From Basidiobolus meristosporus CBS 931.73 (Eukaryota; Fungi; Basidiobolomycota), in contig MCFE01000335.1 in the NCBI GenBank assembly GCA_002104905.1, positions 28,267 through 92,266 on the forward strand: a stretch of DNA of 64,000 nucleotides, written 5' to 3'. Each line of letters opens with the position of its first letter. Position 1 is the first letter of the stretch. The notes under the pieces were generated by a model that was not told where the DNA came from, made no database searches, and was given only the letters and a program-made list of their open reading frames with translations. Made by a program: the position numbers and the translations under genes. Shown in pieces: positions 35,390 through 49,559 of this stretch.

Positions 35390-36800
35390 AGCCTAACAGC
35401 TTTATGCCACTGTTCATTCACTGGTTCCCACATGTCCTGGTCTTCAGCCAGCATAGCAAGGTCTTGCAACTAATCTGCCAGTCTTTGCAATGAATCCTTG
35501 CAATATTCCAGTGTGTTTTCTTAAGCACTGCACTTGAAGAAGTGCTGCAATCTCTTGGTGTGCCTATTAATGTTCAAAATTTCCACTGAAGGCATTGTGA
35601 TAGTCTTTTGTGCTCTTGACGTAGTAGCCTTGTCTGTCAGTGAGACCTCCACTCTGTCAACAATGCAGGACATGGAGGCTGTGGTAGACAATTATCCTTT
35701 TTCAGCAAACTCATCTACCTTGCTGGGTGTAGCTCAACTGGTTGCACTTTCAACTCTTGTGAAACAGTTGTTTTCTTGTTGATATTCTTCTTGTCCATGA
35801 TAGGGTTCAGTGTGTTCTGGGCATGGGTTGTTAATTGGCAATAACTGCAGTTTTTTTTGCATGCCTCCCTGTCTCAGGCTTGAGTAGACATTTCTCCCTT
35901 TACCTATTCCTTTGTTACTCCCTGGTCTTTGACTGCTACTTTGTCTGAGTGCTTCTTGTAAAGAACTACACTTTTGCCTGGATAAAATCTGCTCTAACAC
36001 ATCTGTTTTGGCCTGCTTGTCCCTTGCTGGCACTCTTCTGGCAACCTGATGTTTCTTTTTGCTTGTTCTGAGCTCTCAACTGTTGTTTTGATGGGCTCCT
36101 GTAAAAGCCGATGGTTTTTATCACTGCCAGGTCCTTCACTGCTACTCAGACCGGGTGCTTCTTGAGTGGTACTATGCTTTTTCCTTGATAAATTCTGTGC
36201 TGGTGCATCTGTGTCTGTCTTCTTGTCCCTAATTGGCACCCTTCCAGCAACCTGACATATGTTGGATACTTGTCTGGAGCTTTTGGGCTCGCTTGTAACA
36301 GGCTCTTGAGGAAGCTGCGGGTTGTTAGCCATGACTCCCGCTGTTCTTCTGCTTTTGATAGTTTCTACTATTCTTAAGTTACTTGAGTTCTTTCTTTGCA
36401 GCCAAGATACTGCTTTCTCTACCTGGAATATTCATTGCTCTACACATGTTCTCTGCTCATCCTGTTTCTAGACTATTTCCAGAATTCTCTGGGCCATTCA
36501 ATCTATCCTATGAGCCACTGCATCTAATTGATTTATTAATCCTTTGGTATGAGCTGACAGCATACTTGCCAACATGAGTGGTGGTAATATTATGATGACC
36601 ACTTGCTGGTGCTCAACTGAAAGTACTACTTTTTCTACATTATCATTTGCCTAAAAATAATGGTCAGCTTGTGCCTCCACAGAGGTTCTCAATTGCATAC
36701 TGGATTGAGAGGCTGAGGAGTAGTGCCACATATATGTGTGTATGTGGTGCCACAACTTTACTGATAATGCTTACTATTGCAGGCCATCATTCAATCTGAC
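35390..36800 (-). pseudogene. CACTA ORF2, degraded, with internal deletions; approximate
   Basis: ORFs 35734-36033 and 35994-36332 match 5617-6376. Confidence 0.65.
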
Positions 36801-36924
36801 ATTCAAGTAGATGCAATGTCTTAAATACAAGACTGTCTGAAGTTCACACGAGTAATGACCAAAAGGTGATATAATAGCATACATTGTTGAAGGTTAAACT
36901 GTTTGCCCCATAGACAAGACTACT

Positions 36925-39100
36925 TTGACTCAGCACCAAAAGAGAAGAGAAAAACAACCATGTGGCTATTGTGGCAAGCCTCTCAGCCATGAAGCACACA
37001 GACAGCATAGGAAGTATTACAAGGATCAGGGCCAGTGTTTGGCCACCCAAGTCATACTTGACCTTTCATTGGTCTCTACTGTGCCAACATCATCTTGCCT
37101 GCCAGTTGATACTTCTATATTGGCACCTTGCTGTCTTTGTCACTCTGCACAAACTGAGTCAGGTGAGTTTGTGATGCCTTTAGGCTCACCTCAGCCTTCT
37201 GAATATGGCATGCAGAGTGATAGCTCTCACAAAGAAGGTTCACTGATGGATTTGAGCCTATCTCCCCTAACAACAATACCATGTATGATCCCAATCCAAT
37301 CCCTATATGCATTGAGGCAGCACACATTGAAACAAATGAGGAAGCTGATGCAGACCAACAAATATTGCAAAGCTTTACATACCACACTCAGTATCAACCA
37401 AGTGCAAAGAAATCCAATATATTTGATGGCAAGCATTGCAAACCACTAAGAAACAAAAGCCACTTTGAAGGTATGTATGACCATGCCTTTGCTTTTGCAC
37501 TTGATGGACTCTCATTAAACAAGTACTCTACCAGCAAATCCTGCTGGCCACTGATTTGCATCAATCTGAATCTGCCACCCATTTTATGGATCAAGGCAAT
37601 AACCTGATGGTAATCTTGCTGGTATCTGGGTCTAAATCACCGTCCAACCTGGATAGCTACCAGTATCCATTGCTGGATGAATTTTGTATGCTTTCCAGCA
37701 GGATAACAGCAAATGGCCATCATGTAAAGGCTCATATTATTATCTGCATTGGAGATACCTCAGCCATCAGCAAGATAGCAGGTTTTTCTGGGCACAATGG
37801 ATGATATTGCTGTCAAGTGTGTGATATCCAGGGGATTAACTCCATTACCCACACACATCATTATTACCCAAACACCAGCACTAAGGGCATCATCTTTCCA
37901 CAGAAAGAATATACAAAATCAGCATGCAATTGCAGCAAAGTTGCAAGCTATAAGCCATTGGCCAAAATATGAAATCAATTGGAAACCAGAGATACTTAAG
38001 ATAGAGGGCATCTGTTGGAGCAAAAGCTATCCACTGGGAGCAATGCATTTGCTGTTCATCAATAACCCTATATTGATGACAAACTTGTACATGTAGCATT
38101 TCAAGCTATATGAGCCCTTTGTGATAACGGAGAAATTTGAAAGAATTGTCAAGATATTAGAGAGTGTCTGTTACCCTAAGTACTTCTCATAGGCTCCAAT
38201 TGATATTCATACATATATGAAACAATACAAATGCAAAGACTGGATGAACTAGATATGTACTTATTCATGTGGTGTTTGGAAGCAATTCCTGACAAGTGTT
38301 CATTGGAAGCATTGGGAGTCATCTGTGGACATTATAGGAATATTTATCCAGAAGCAGATCACCAATGCCAACTTGATGCATCTACAGCTGTAGTGCAAGG
38401 AGTTTGTGACATGATTTGAGTGGCTATACCACAAACATAAAGCTGAATGCGTAAATCTCTGCCACCACGGTATCCATTTTGTACTGCATCTTGTATAGTG
38501 TGTGGAGAATTTTGAGCCTTGCTTCACCTTTTGGGATTTTCCTATGGAGCAGATGTGTGGGGAGATAGCACAAAAAGTCAAGTTGCAGGTACTACCATAT
38601 CCCAATCTCATCAAGAATATAACCTTCAAGTCCGTCATTGATGTGATGAGTTGGCACATGGAGGACAGCCAGGAAGAGTTGGAGAATACTGAGGTCAAAT
38701 GTGCACATGGAGACACCAATGCCTATGGCATTAAGAAGATAAGCAGCCCCAATATGTGGGTAATCAGTTAAGTAATGCAAAGTTGGGTTGGGAGTAACAA
38801 GCAACTAATTTCTATTAGGAAAACTCTACCAAGGTATGCCAGATTTCTCATGGTCACAAGCCAACTTCTACTCCATTCAATACAGAATTCCCCCATACAA
38901 AATCCAGAGCACACCTAAAGGGGGACCATAATCCAGCAGGGAGACAAGTTAATACACTAAAAACCATGAAGCTCTTTGTGGAAATGCAGGAGATATTCAT
39001 GGCAGAAGTGGCCACAACCAAGCATATGTTTGCAAGATGTATATGTCACTAGCAGTACGAGGGAAATGGCAACTCTGCAAGTATCACACTAAAAATCTGT
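36925..39100 (+). pseudogene. CACTA transposase, degraded; approximate 3' end
   Basis: CGYCGK zinc motif; NIFDGKH; ALDGLSLNK..SCWP; GDTSAISKIAGFSGHNG; FWDFPMEQMCG. Confidence 0.85.
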
Positions 39101-39784
39101 TAAGTTGAGGTGAAAGAATCTTGTCAATTGCAACAGGTGTGCACATTTGTAGAGGTTAGTAAGCAAGAGGCCATAGTTTTTTCTTGATTTGAACTATCTG
39201 TGGAGTACCCAAGATAGTAGTGGGTAAGCAAATAAAGAGGGATGATGATACAGTGGAGTATATGACTTGCATAAGGGAAGGTAGAAAAGGGAAATTTCAT
39301 TTGGTAAATTGATACAGTAGCATTATACAGAACCAGCTGTAGGCCATCATACTGCCAATATAATGCCATCAGAGTCTTGCTGTGAGGCCGTCAAAATACT
39401 ATTGAGTTTTTTGCCATATAAGGCAATTGGATGTCCTGGCTGGTTGGATCTATTTGAAATAGTTATAGAGCGCTAAATGAACACAACAATGCCACAGAAT
39501 TATTGTCACAGCACCAATCAAATCTTGTCATGTTTTATCCCTTTAGTTGGTAGTAAAACTAGCAAAACACTGTTGTGATCCCATCATAAGTTGTAAGGAG
39601 GGTCACCAATTCCAAGCTGCTGGTAATGTGATGTTCTCTAAACAGGATCCTGATGGCTGATCCTGATTGGATCCACCCCTGGGACTGAATTATCTTTCAT
39701 AAGGATATAGAGGACAGCCAGGAAGAGCTGGAAAATATTGAGGACAGATGTGCACATGGAGACTGTTGCAATTTAAGAAGTGAT

Positions 39785-40130
39785 TTGGATATAAGGAACT
39801 TATCAAGAAATAGTGATAGTAGTTGAACTGTTGCTTATTCATAAAGAAGCTCAGTATTTATACCTTTGTAGAAGTAATACAGCTGTAACACTAAGTAGGG
39901 AGGGTTTCTCAATAATCAGGAGCATTCTGTAACAGTTTCAGGGTTAGTACATAATGTTTGGTAATAGTGCTAATTTGATCCTGACTATAGGGGAATAATC
40001 ATAGATCATATATCTGGAGAAAGTGGCAAAGTTAAGGCAGTAAATGAGTTCTACAATGACTAAGACTAGCCTAGAATTGTTAAGTAAATTTTTAGCTGCT
40101 GAATGATACCAAATAGTCCAATATTTCAAC
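39785..40130. repeat. Unclassified ~350-bp repeat, copy 2
   Basis: Co-linear with 25030-25377. Confidence 0.65.
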
Positions 40131-40500
40131 AACAGCCTCACAGATCTTCATTGTCTTTTGATTTTTAGGCTTTGGTATAAACACCTCATTGTCTCCCTCC
40201 CACACTGTGATGGGTTTTTCTGTGGGCTTAATCTTTGGGTACTGTTGTTGTGCTTCATGGACTGTATACTGTTCCTCTGCTGTTACATCCAGAAATGACC
40301 CAGTTCTTGGCTGTGATGTAAAGCTACTTGAGTTCCTTTTTTGCGCCAAAGATGCTGCTTTCTCTACATGGGATATTGATTGCTCAATATGTATTATTCA
40401 CTCATCCTGCTTGTGGACTATTTCCTGATTTCTCTGAGCCAATGCATCTAACCTATCAGCCACTGCACCTAATTGTTTCATTAATTTTCTGGTATGAGCT
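40130..40500 (-). mobile_element. CACTA ORF2 fragment
   Basis: ORF 40092-40349 (RNSSSFTSQPRT..KIKPTEKPITVWEGD) matches 5160-5380. Confidence 0.7.
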
Positions 40501-43500
40501 AGATATGAACTGGTGTCCTATATCTGAAACAACGTCACTGGGGATGCCAAGGAGCTGGAATTGTTCTTGATTACTAAGTGGGCAGTCTCCTTAGCATCTA
40601 TGTTCTTTGAGCAGGGAATGAAGTGAGCTATCTTGGTGAGCTGATGTGCCAATACTAGGACTGAACTGAATTGGTAGGATTCTGAGAGGTTGGTGATGAA
40701 GTCCATTGAAATTGACTTCCATTGCTGGTCAGGGATTGGCAAGGGTTGGAGAAGTCCATATGGCTGGTGTCTGGCAGATTTTACACGGCTACATGTATTG
40801 CAGGATTGGAGGTACTCCTTGACAAGAGATATCATCTTGGGCTACCAGAAGTCTCTCTTGATTGCATCATGGTTTTGGCAGTACCAAAATGTCCTGCAGC
40901 CATTGAATCATGGCAAGAATGGATGATATCCAACTGGGTTTCAAGGTCAGGAACAAACAGTTGGTGCTTCTGGAAGATGATGTCATTGACTAGATGTAGG
41001 TACTGGAGGTTTGGGAACTTAGGTGGTAGATCCATGGAGAATCTGAGATATTTCTTGATTGTTATGGCTATGGAACTGGTGGCTTGGCTGGCCTTGGCTT
41101 TCTCAAGAAGTGAGGAAGCAATGACACTGAAGGACTGATTTGCAAGGAGCTCAAAGTGTCTTTTTTGAGTACTGGGGTTTTCATTTGCCAACAGGCATCA
41201 TCCCCTTCTGCAAGGAAATACTCCACCTTTCTGGACAGGGCATCAGGTTTCCCTGTTTTATACCCAGACTATAGGTGATGACAAAGTCAAAGCTGGACAG
41301 GAAGAGGGATCATCTGGCTTGTCACTGGTTTAATACTTTTGAGGTGGTAAAGTACTCAAGGTTCTTGTGGTTACCAAAGATCTTTATCTTTTGGGCTGCA
41401 CCATCAAGGTAGTGTCTCCAATGTTCAAAGGCAACAATAATTGCAAGTAGTTCCTTATCATAGATATCATAGTATACTTCAGCTGGAGTAAATTTCCAGG
41501 AGTAGAATGCAATAGGATGTAGTACATTCTTATCATTGTACTAGGAAAGGGTTGCACCAAGTGCAAGGTCAGAGGCATCAGTTTCTATAATAAAAGGTTT
41601 CTCAAGGTCAGGGTGAGCAAGCAGGGGTGTGTACCGGAAGGATTTCATGATGGAACTAAAGGACTTGGACTGTTCCTTATTCCAGGCAAAGGGCATATTC
41701 TTCTGGGTGAGCTTTGTCAAGGGAGCAACTAACTTGGAGTAGTTGGCAAATCCAAGGAAGGACTGCACTTCTTTTACAGAACAGGGTGTTTTCCACAACT
41801 GGATGGCTTCTACTTTTTGGGGTCCATTCTTGTTCCATTTGAGCTGATAAAATAACCTAAGAACTCAACTTCTTTCTGGTCAAACTCACATTTCTCCAGC
41901 TTGGCATAGAGGCTAGCAGTGTCAAGCTCGGTTGAGACTTTCTGGACATGATAATTATGTTCTTCTTGGGTCTTGGAGTAGATCAAAATGTCTTCAAGGT
42001 AGATAACCACAAATTAGTCATGGTATTCACAGAATATGTCATTCATCAGGTCCTGAAACACAGCTGAGGCATTGGTGAGACCAAATGGCATAGCTTAATA
42101 CTCAAGATGACAATATCTTGTTCTGAATGCAGTCTTCCATTCATCTCCATGCTTTATCCTGACAAGGTTATATGCTCCTCTGAGGTCAATCTTAGTAAAT
42201 ATTTTGGCAGCAGAGAGTTGATCTAACAGGGTGTTCATCAGGAGCAAAGGGCACTAGTTCTTGATTGTGATCTCATTCAGTACACAGTAGTCTACACATA
42301 TTCTTAGGGTACTATCCTATTTTTGACAAAAGAGGATTGGGGCTCTAGCTGGGGACTTAGAGTGCTGAATAAAACCTCTCTGGAGGTTTTCTTGAATATA
42401 GCCATGGACTTCTTTCAACTTGGGTTGCCAGAGGTTGTAAATAGGACCAAAGAGTGGGGTTTTTCCTTCTTCAAGGTTTATGGGACAATCATAGGGCCTA
42501 TGGGCTGGAAGTAGTTTGGCTTTCTTCTTGTCAAAGACATGAGCAAACTCTTAATACTTGGCAGACATTCCATTGGAGGGGGTTCCTTCAGTGATGATGG
42601 GCTCCTGGGTCTAGGGTAGCTCAGAAGAGGATACTTCTTGACCCAAAAAATCAGGTAGTTTCATGGAATTGACAAGGTGGATTCTGGGGAATGTCACAAT
42701 TTTTGTCTTCCAGCTGATAGCTAGGTTATGGTGACTAAGCCATGAGCTTCCAAGAACTATGGAGTAGTGGGGAGAGTTGATGATATTGAAGGCTAGTGTC
42801 TTGTGGTGACCAGTACTGGACAGCTGGAGTAGACATGTGTCATGAGTAACAGCACCAAAAGAGAGGGACCACCCATCAATAACCTCCACCTGGACAGGAC
42901 AGGTTTCAGGACAGTGGGAATTTTGTGCTTCTGGACAAATGACTGGTCAATGAAACAGGTTGAAGCACCAGAATTTATGCGGGCAATGACACAGACAGGG
43001 CTGGATTCAGGGATGTGGATTCTGACAGGTATTCTTAAGGACTGGATGGACTTAGTAGCAAGTGATGTTTCTTGAATGTACTGGATTTTCATTGGAGGGT
43101 CCAGTTGCAAGCCTGTCATTGTAACTGGACATTGGAGTTTCCCAATAATTCAGGAGAAGATTGTTCACAGGATAATTGCAGGAGCTTGAAGCAGGACTTC
43201 CTGTTAGGACAAGACTTGGCAAAGTGGCCTGGCTGGCCATAGTGAAGGTAGAGGTTTGCCTGTTGATGTTTAGATCTTTCTTCTTTTGTAAGTTTCTTAT
43301 ATTTAGCACTGTCAATTTGCATAGGATCATCAGGCTTAGTATTGGGGGACTGGTTTACTGGGAAGGAGGTTGGCTGATAAGTATGATGGAATTTCTGTTT
43401 CTTCTGGAAAAGACAATTGTTACATTGGATTGCTTGATGAATAGCTTCACCCATGGTGGTTGGGTCAGGGAGGGTGAGAAGTAGGTCACTGACTTCATCA

Positions 43501-44964
43501 CTGAGCCCATCTTGAAATTGATTAATTAGGGCAGCGTCACCCCAAAGGCTCAAATCACCAGCTAGTAGCCAGAATTCAGAAGCATACATGGATGCAGGTC
43601 TGTTTCCTTGCTTCAAGTTCATGATCTTGTTGGCAGCAATTCTGGCTTGGTCATTGTTGCCAAATGGTAGCTTCATTTCTGTGAGGAAGGCATGGTAGTT
43701 GCTGAGTAGAGGAAGCTGGTTCCCATCAAAGGGGAAAACCATTTCTGGGCAGTTCCAGTTAGCAGGTTAGAGATATAACCAACTTTTGCTTGATCTGTTA
43801 GGAACCAATTGGGTTGTAGTGACAAGTGGTGTTTCACTATGTTGATGAAACCTAGGAATTCTTCCTGGGGGCCACTGAGCTTGGTAGTGGAAGTGATCAT
43901 GGGATCATGGTAGGAGGGAGCCTGGATAGGCTGTTGAGCATTTTGGCTCTGGAGCTGATCAACAGAGTTTCTGAGGTCTGCATTGTGTTGTTGCAGCTGG
44001 GCAAAGGCAACCATCTGACTTGCAAAGTTTTACTCTGTGCTGGACATGTCCCAGTAGCAGGAGGTGGAGAAGTCTCTTAGACTTGTTCAGGAATACTGGA
44101 TATTGCTAGCTAATTTGTAGGTTATAAGGCCACTAGTTTGTCAAGAATACAATTAGTGAGCCACAATCCCCAACTTTGAATACGTTAGCATCACTTCAGA
44201 AGGTACTGGCTTTAACATCCTTTGATAGAGTATTGTACTAAAGCTTCCAATACTGTAACAACTGTAAACTATACCAGCAGGGTAATAAAGTGAATACAGC
44301 TTTGGCCAATAATCTTACAAAGATAAAGTATCTTTGCCTTTAGAGGACAAGACTAGGGAAAGATTCAGGGTGATACTTACTGTAGGTATTCCTTTACAAG
44401 TACTTCTCAAGAACTTTGGGTAGAAGGCAGGGATCCACAGGTAAGTCAGGAGGAGTCTGATAAAGCTGTTATGAATAGACACAAGGCAGGAGGGTAGAGC
44501 TAGGCAAGGCAGGGCCAAGAAAGGACTTAGGTGTGGATCAAGCAAGGCAAGGCAGATTTCCAAGGCAATGCTGTTTATTCAGGACCTGTGTTTATCAGAC
44601 TGAGGAATACATAGGGGGGGATAAGACTATATATACTTTTTGGTAATATGGATGCCAAGAGATATTGGCTAATACTGTTGGGGTTCAGGGGTGAGGCACC
44701 GTAAGTGTGCCAAGATAGATTATACTAAAGAACAGACAGAAATCTCACATGGAGATATGTCAGGGGTCTGCTGATCCTGTGACTAGTTAATGTGACAAAT
44801 AGCTACCATATATGGCATGGGACTACTTAAATTCTAATGGGAAGCTTCCATATAATGTTCCATTGTGTAACATTGACTTGGAGCTTTCAAAAAGAACTGG
44901 GATTTCTTCACTGACTTGATTTGGCTAGATAATTGGGGACCAGGGATGTCATGTGATCATGACA
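40501..44964 (-). mobile_element. Ty3/Gypsy family B copy 1, 3'-truncated within integrase
   Basis: 5' LTR-like 44139-44964 (TGTCA...TGACA); gag 43116-44060; pol relics with YLED, ETDASD and WKSISMDFIT; co-linear with 55353-59859. Confidence 0.88.
43110..43143 (-). promoter_or_regulatory. -1 programmed ribosomal frameshift signal at the gag/pol junction (Gypsy B copy 1); the stem extends a few bases below 43110
   Basis: G GGA AAC in gag phase at 43137-43143, followed after 8 nt by the stem CCAGTTACA/TGCAACTGG. Confidence 0.7.
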
Positions 44965-45370
44965 GTAAGCTGGCAGCTACCCCTATGGAGACAAACTTCA
45001 ACTTGGTCAAAATTCAACTAAATCAAGAAAGCTTTGTGCCATACAAAAGCCCTGATTTTCCTTATCAATTTAAGGCTGGTAGTCAGATGTATATCATGCT
45101 TGGAGCATGTCCAGATATCTCATATTCAGTGGGAGCTATCAGCCAGCATAATCCAAACTATGGATCTGGTCATATTGCAGCAGTTAAGTGGATTCTTAGA
45201 TCTCTGAAATAAACTGCTGATATCTGCTTAAGATACACCTATAGGGATTTAGAACAGGATCATGTGGGATCCTCTGTTACAGATTGGAGACAAAATTTAT
45301 GTGACAGATGATCCACCACAGGATATACCTTGCTTTGCTGTAAAGGAGTAACGTCATGGAATTCAAGAAA
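44965..45370 (+). pseudogene. pol: Ty1/Copia RT-RNase H fragment
   Basis: AATPME..., YIMLGACPDISYSVGAIS, AVKWILRSLK, STTGY, SWNSRK; cut exactly by the CACTA TIR at 45371. Confidence 0.8.
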
Positions 45371-46227
45371 CCCTATGAAAAATTATTGTAATGCTCCCAT
45401 CAAAAGGCCATCACAAAGTTAAAGTCCTCTGACTAAGAGGTACCAATACCATCAGGACACCATCCAGAGACTATTGAAAAATACTTGCACCCCAGATTTT
45501 GCAAAAACTTAGTCAAAATTTTTCAACAAAACAATATATAAGTGGCATTTAATTGGTTCCCTGCTAATTTGCTCACTTTCTGATCCCAGACACTCTATCA
45601 TTTCCTACATTTGTGTGCATTAATTGGCTATTGCCTCTTTTCACACTCCTTACTTCCTGAATTAACTGTTTCTCTTGCTTTTCATGCATACAGATTGATT
45701 TATTTCCATTGAAGCTTCAGTTGTACTTCAATTGCCAATTGTAATGACCTATAAAAGGACCTAGACCATACACTGACATTAAGTCCAACCCCACACTCAA
45801 TAAGTAACTTCATCAATAATTCACCACTCAATAAGTAATTCTGCTGTAATGCTCTGTCTGCATGACTTTGACAGGAGCCCTATGGCTCTATGCCACTGTT
45901 CATTCACTTGTTCCCACATTTCCTGGTCTTCAGCCGGCACTGCAAGGTCTAGCACCTCATCTGCCACTCTTTGCAATAAGTCCTTGCTTTATTCATGTGC
46001 ATTTTTGTTAGCAATGCTCTTGAAGATGTGCTGCATCCTCCTGGTGTGCCATTTAATGTTCCAAATTCCACTGAAGGCATTGTGGTTGTCTTTCAAGTTC
46101 TTGATGCTGTAACCTGTCTGCCAGTAGGATCTCCACTCTGTCAACAATGGTGGATGTGGAGGCTGTAGTAGACAACTTGCATTTCACTGCAAACTCCACT
46201 ACCATGCTGGAGTTCAGTTCAACTCGC

Positions 46228-46940
46228 TGTAGTGGGGTGACAGTGACACCCACTGACAGATATGCTCATTCCCTTATTTTCTACTTCCCTATATCTCTAC
46301 TACACTTATTTTAGTTATATCCCATTTGTCTAACCCAATCAGTACTATCCCATAAGACGGTTGACTATCACACCTGCCTACCTTATTGCATAAGTTACCC
46401 CTCACTTTATGTAAGATTACTAGCTATAAGTACTTCTATATTAGGCAAGTACCCACGCCAGTACCCGTGACACATGATCAGCCCGTGTCACCATCCCTAT
46501 CATTTCCGTACCATATATGGTATCCCCATGTTACACAGGTTTCAGAATACTGATTCCTGATTGGTTGGATGTGCTGTGCCTCTTAGAACCTTCCGGCACC
46601 TACTTAGAACATTCTTAGGTCATTCTGATGTCATTAAGATTTCTATTGATCTCCGGAACCTTCTGGAACACCATGATTAGTAATCACTTAGCCAGTGAGA
46701 AAAGTATATAAGGGAGGCTATCCCTCAACAAAAAATCATCATCCCTTTTATCAATATACCGACTTGTTGATTAGTGTGATCACTGCTACCTGCTGCTACC
46801 TGAACTTCCAACCCTAGACCACAGGACACTCCCAGGAAACCGCGCTGACAGCCAACTGACCTTGGAGGCACTACTTGTGAGGAATACTCAGAGTAGGTAT
46901 CTTTTATTATATTTGATTCTTTCCCAAGTTTGTTCTTGTA
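46228..46940. repeat. Family D-related LTR, inverted relative to 9095-9899; end approximate
   Basis: Reverse complement of 46540-46800 aligns with 9340-9620 (GGCACAGCACAT.CAACCAATCAGGAATCAGTA.TCTGAAACCTGT). Confidence 0.6.
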
Positions 46941-47965
46941 CAGATATTTTTTGCGTTACCTATTCCTTTGTTACTACCTGGTCTTCCACTGCTACTTTGT
47001 CTGAGTGCTTCTTGTGGTGAACTACTTTTTCTCCTTTATAAATTCTGCTCCAACACATCTGTTTTGGCCTGCTTGTCCCTTGCTGGCACTCTTCTGGCAA
47101 CTTGACATTTCTTTTCTGCCTGTTTCAAGCTCTTAACCGTAGCTGTGATGGGCTCCTATAAAAGCTGCTGGTTTTTATCACTACCAGGTCCTTCCCTGCT
47201 ACTTTGACTTGGTGCTTATTAGACTTGTTCCATCGTACCGTGCCAGGGCGCGCGGCGCGATCCGCGGTTGCAAAGAATGATTGGGAGCAATATTATAGCT
47301 ACCAGAAGGCAGGATTGTTCTTGGACAATTTTGCACTATGCGGGACAATCTCACACACTATGGCACAATCTGACACAATGAGGTTGGCGCGGATGATTGC
47401 GCCAACTTGTAATGCTTGCATCACGTGCGCAATCGGATACCGCTATAATGGCAGGTAAAATCCGGTATTTGGATATGTTTCTTTAATGTAAATGGAAATA
47501 AATGTGTATCACACTATAAACTACACTGATACTTACCATTTTGGTTACCCTCACTCCAATTGGACGGTATCTCAGTGGTTAATTGGTCCAAAAGTATCCT
47601 GAAGCTGGCAGCCCCCAATTGGCTCATTGACTACTGAAAAAGCTACCTGATTTGCCATCAAATATCCCATTTTGCCCATTGAGCAAGTAAATCCCTGATC
47701 CTAGTGATTGGGCAAGGTGTCATAGCTAGCACGCAAGCGATCATGTGTAGGTGCAAAACAGATCCAATAGCTGCACTGGTATTACAGATGACGTATATAT
47801 ATGCAGGGTGTTTATTTATAGGGGTTCTGTCTCAAATGTGAGACGTCCTTGATATTACTTATATCAAAAATTTGATGATCACTGATTTGCAATGGCTTGA
47901 TTTGGATCGCAAAAAAAAAGGGCTGTCGGGATCATTACAAATGTGAGCAATTCAAAGCGATCGCA

Positions 47966-49200
47966 TCATCTTCTTCTGGGTTTTTTTCTCACAGGGATTA
48001 CTACTGAAGCATTTGGTAGTGACTCACTTTGCACACCTATACTACTTCCTGGCTGACTATCATCTTTGCTACTTGTGTATTTGTAGTCAGTATTTTGCCT
48101 CCTAGTTGATGTGTGCAATGCTGCAGCTTGGCCGTGCTGAATTGCTCCGACTGAACCAACTGAACCGGCCTGTAGTGCTACGTGCTGACGCGTTCTTTTA
48201 CTTGCCAAGGGCTCTGGTGGTTGAGTCACTTCATGTTGGTCATCATCAGTCAGTTCACCAGAAGTAACTCGCTGATGGTCAGGTGCAAAACGGCACGCGC
48301 AGGCGCGCCTTGACGCGTTGAGATGGCCCTTGGCTGAGTTTCGATGTGATGCCGCATGTTGACGTGACTCAGTCCGCTCCAATGGACTTGTGTCTAAATG
48401 AGCAGTTTGGCGAGTTCTGGTAGTTTTGCTCTGAAGCGCGCGCGTTGACTCAACGCAGGGCGTTCTGTTAAAGGGTGTTGGCGTGGTCTGGACTGACGTG
48501 CGCCGGCGCGCTGTGGTTGCAAGAGATGGTAGGGAATCCAGCAAGGCGTGCTGGCGGAATCTGGACAATGTTGCTCGCGGTCTGTATTCTTCCTCCTGAA
48601 GCTCACCATCTGATTCCTCAAGGTATTCACTTACCCTCTGTCTGATACTTTGGAGCTGTTGCCTGGATGAGTCCTGTGTATATTGCTCTCGGAAGCCACT
48701 TAGCTCTACTAATATATCACGTAGTACATTAGTCATTTGAGGCAAAAACTCATTCAAAATCTCTTTGGTTCCCAAAGTTGAGGCACAAACGGACGCGTCC
48801 GGCCCGTACTGTGCAAATTGCGCGCGAAATTGTTCCCGCGCGGCTTCCTCGTCAAATCCCCTCACTCTCAGCTGATTCTTGATTTCAATACTTGTCTTGT
48901 TATATATCTTTTTACATACATCGGCTGGCATCTTGATGTAGAACTCATGCACAGCTTTCTACTCAAATTCTTCCATCTTTGTCAACTCTCTGAGGTATCT
49001 AGTTCTGCTATATTAACCAGTAGTGCCCAAATATCTGTATGAAGGCTCATCATAGACACTTGGGCCATACTAAATTCATTTGGCAAGAACTCAAACGGAT
49101 CCGACATCGACTTCTCCGGTCCGGACCGCGCTAGTGAGCTGGGGGATGGGTTTTGTCTGGGTTGTACTAAAGATGAGTTGAGGCTTGGTATGGGGACCAT
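47966..49200 (-). pseudogene. PHIS ORF2 (TGA at 48982-48984 plus a 1-bp deletion; 328-aa downstream frame open)
   Basis: ORFs 48982-49200 and 47966-48952. Confidence 0.75.
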
Positions 49201-49559
49201 AGCAACGGATTTGGATACTTATACAGCAGTATATTGGCATCAACCTGGTCTTATATGAAATATATATGAAAACTAAAGTGATTGTTGAATTTTCCATATA
49301 TTATGCATGATGCATCTTGGATCGCGTTGACACGGATCAGATCACATCAATTGCAGATTTCCTATTTGATTATAGACCTATGATTAAAGCAACAATAAAA
49401 GTACTGAGGCATTGTTTGCGGATGATTTTTGCGACATAATGATGGGATACATGGCAATTGATGGAGATTTAACCATAATGTGTTAAAAATCAGATAAATA
49501 ACGCAGATCGCGCCGAATCAATTCAAACCGCCTCCATACAATCATCCATCAATTTTAAT

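Larger units (their letters stand above)
34513..39704. mobile_element. Complete CACTA/EnSpm element copy 2 (5192 bp including a solo LTR)
   Basis: Left TIR CACTATGAAAAG (34513); right TIR ...TTTCATAAGG (39704); 3-bp TSD ATA at 34510-34512 and 39705-39707. Confidence 0.85.

Noticed and set aside
45396-45410. CCCATCAAAAGG as the CACTA terminus
   Set aside because: Homology among copies extends 25 bp further out to C(A/C)CTATGAAA, where the ATA TSD is found for the complete copy.
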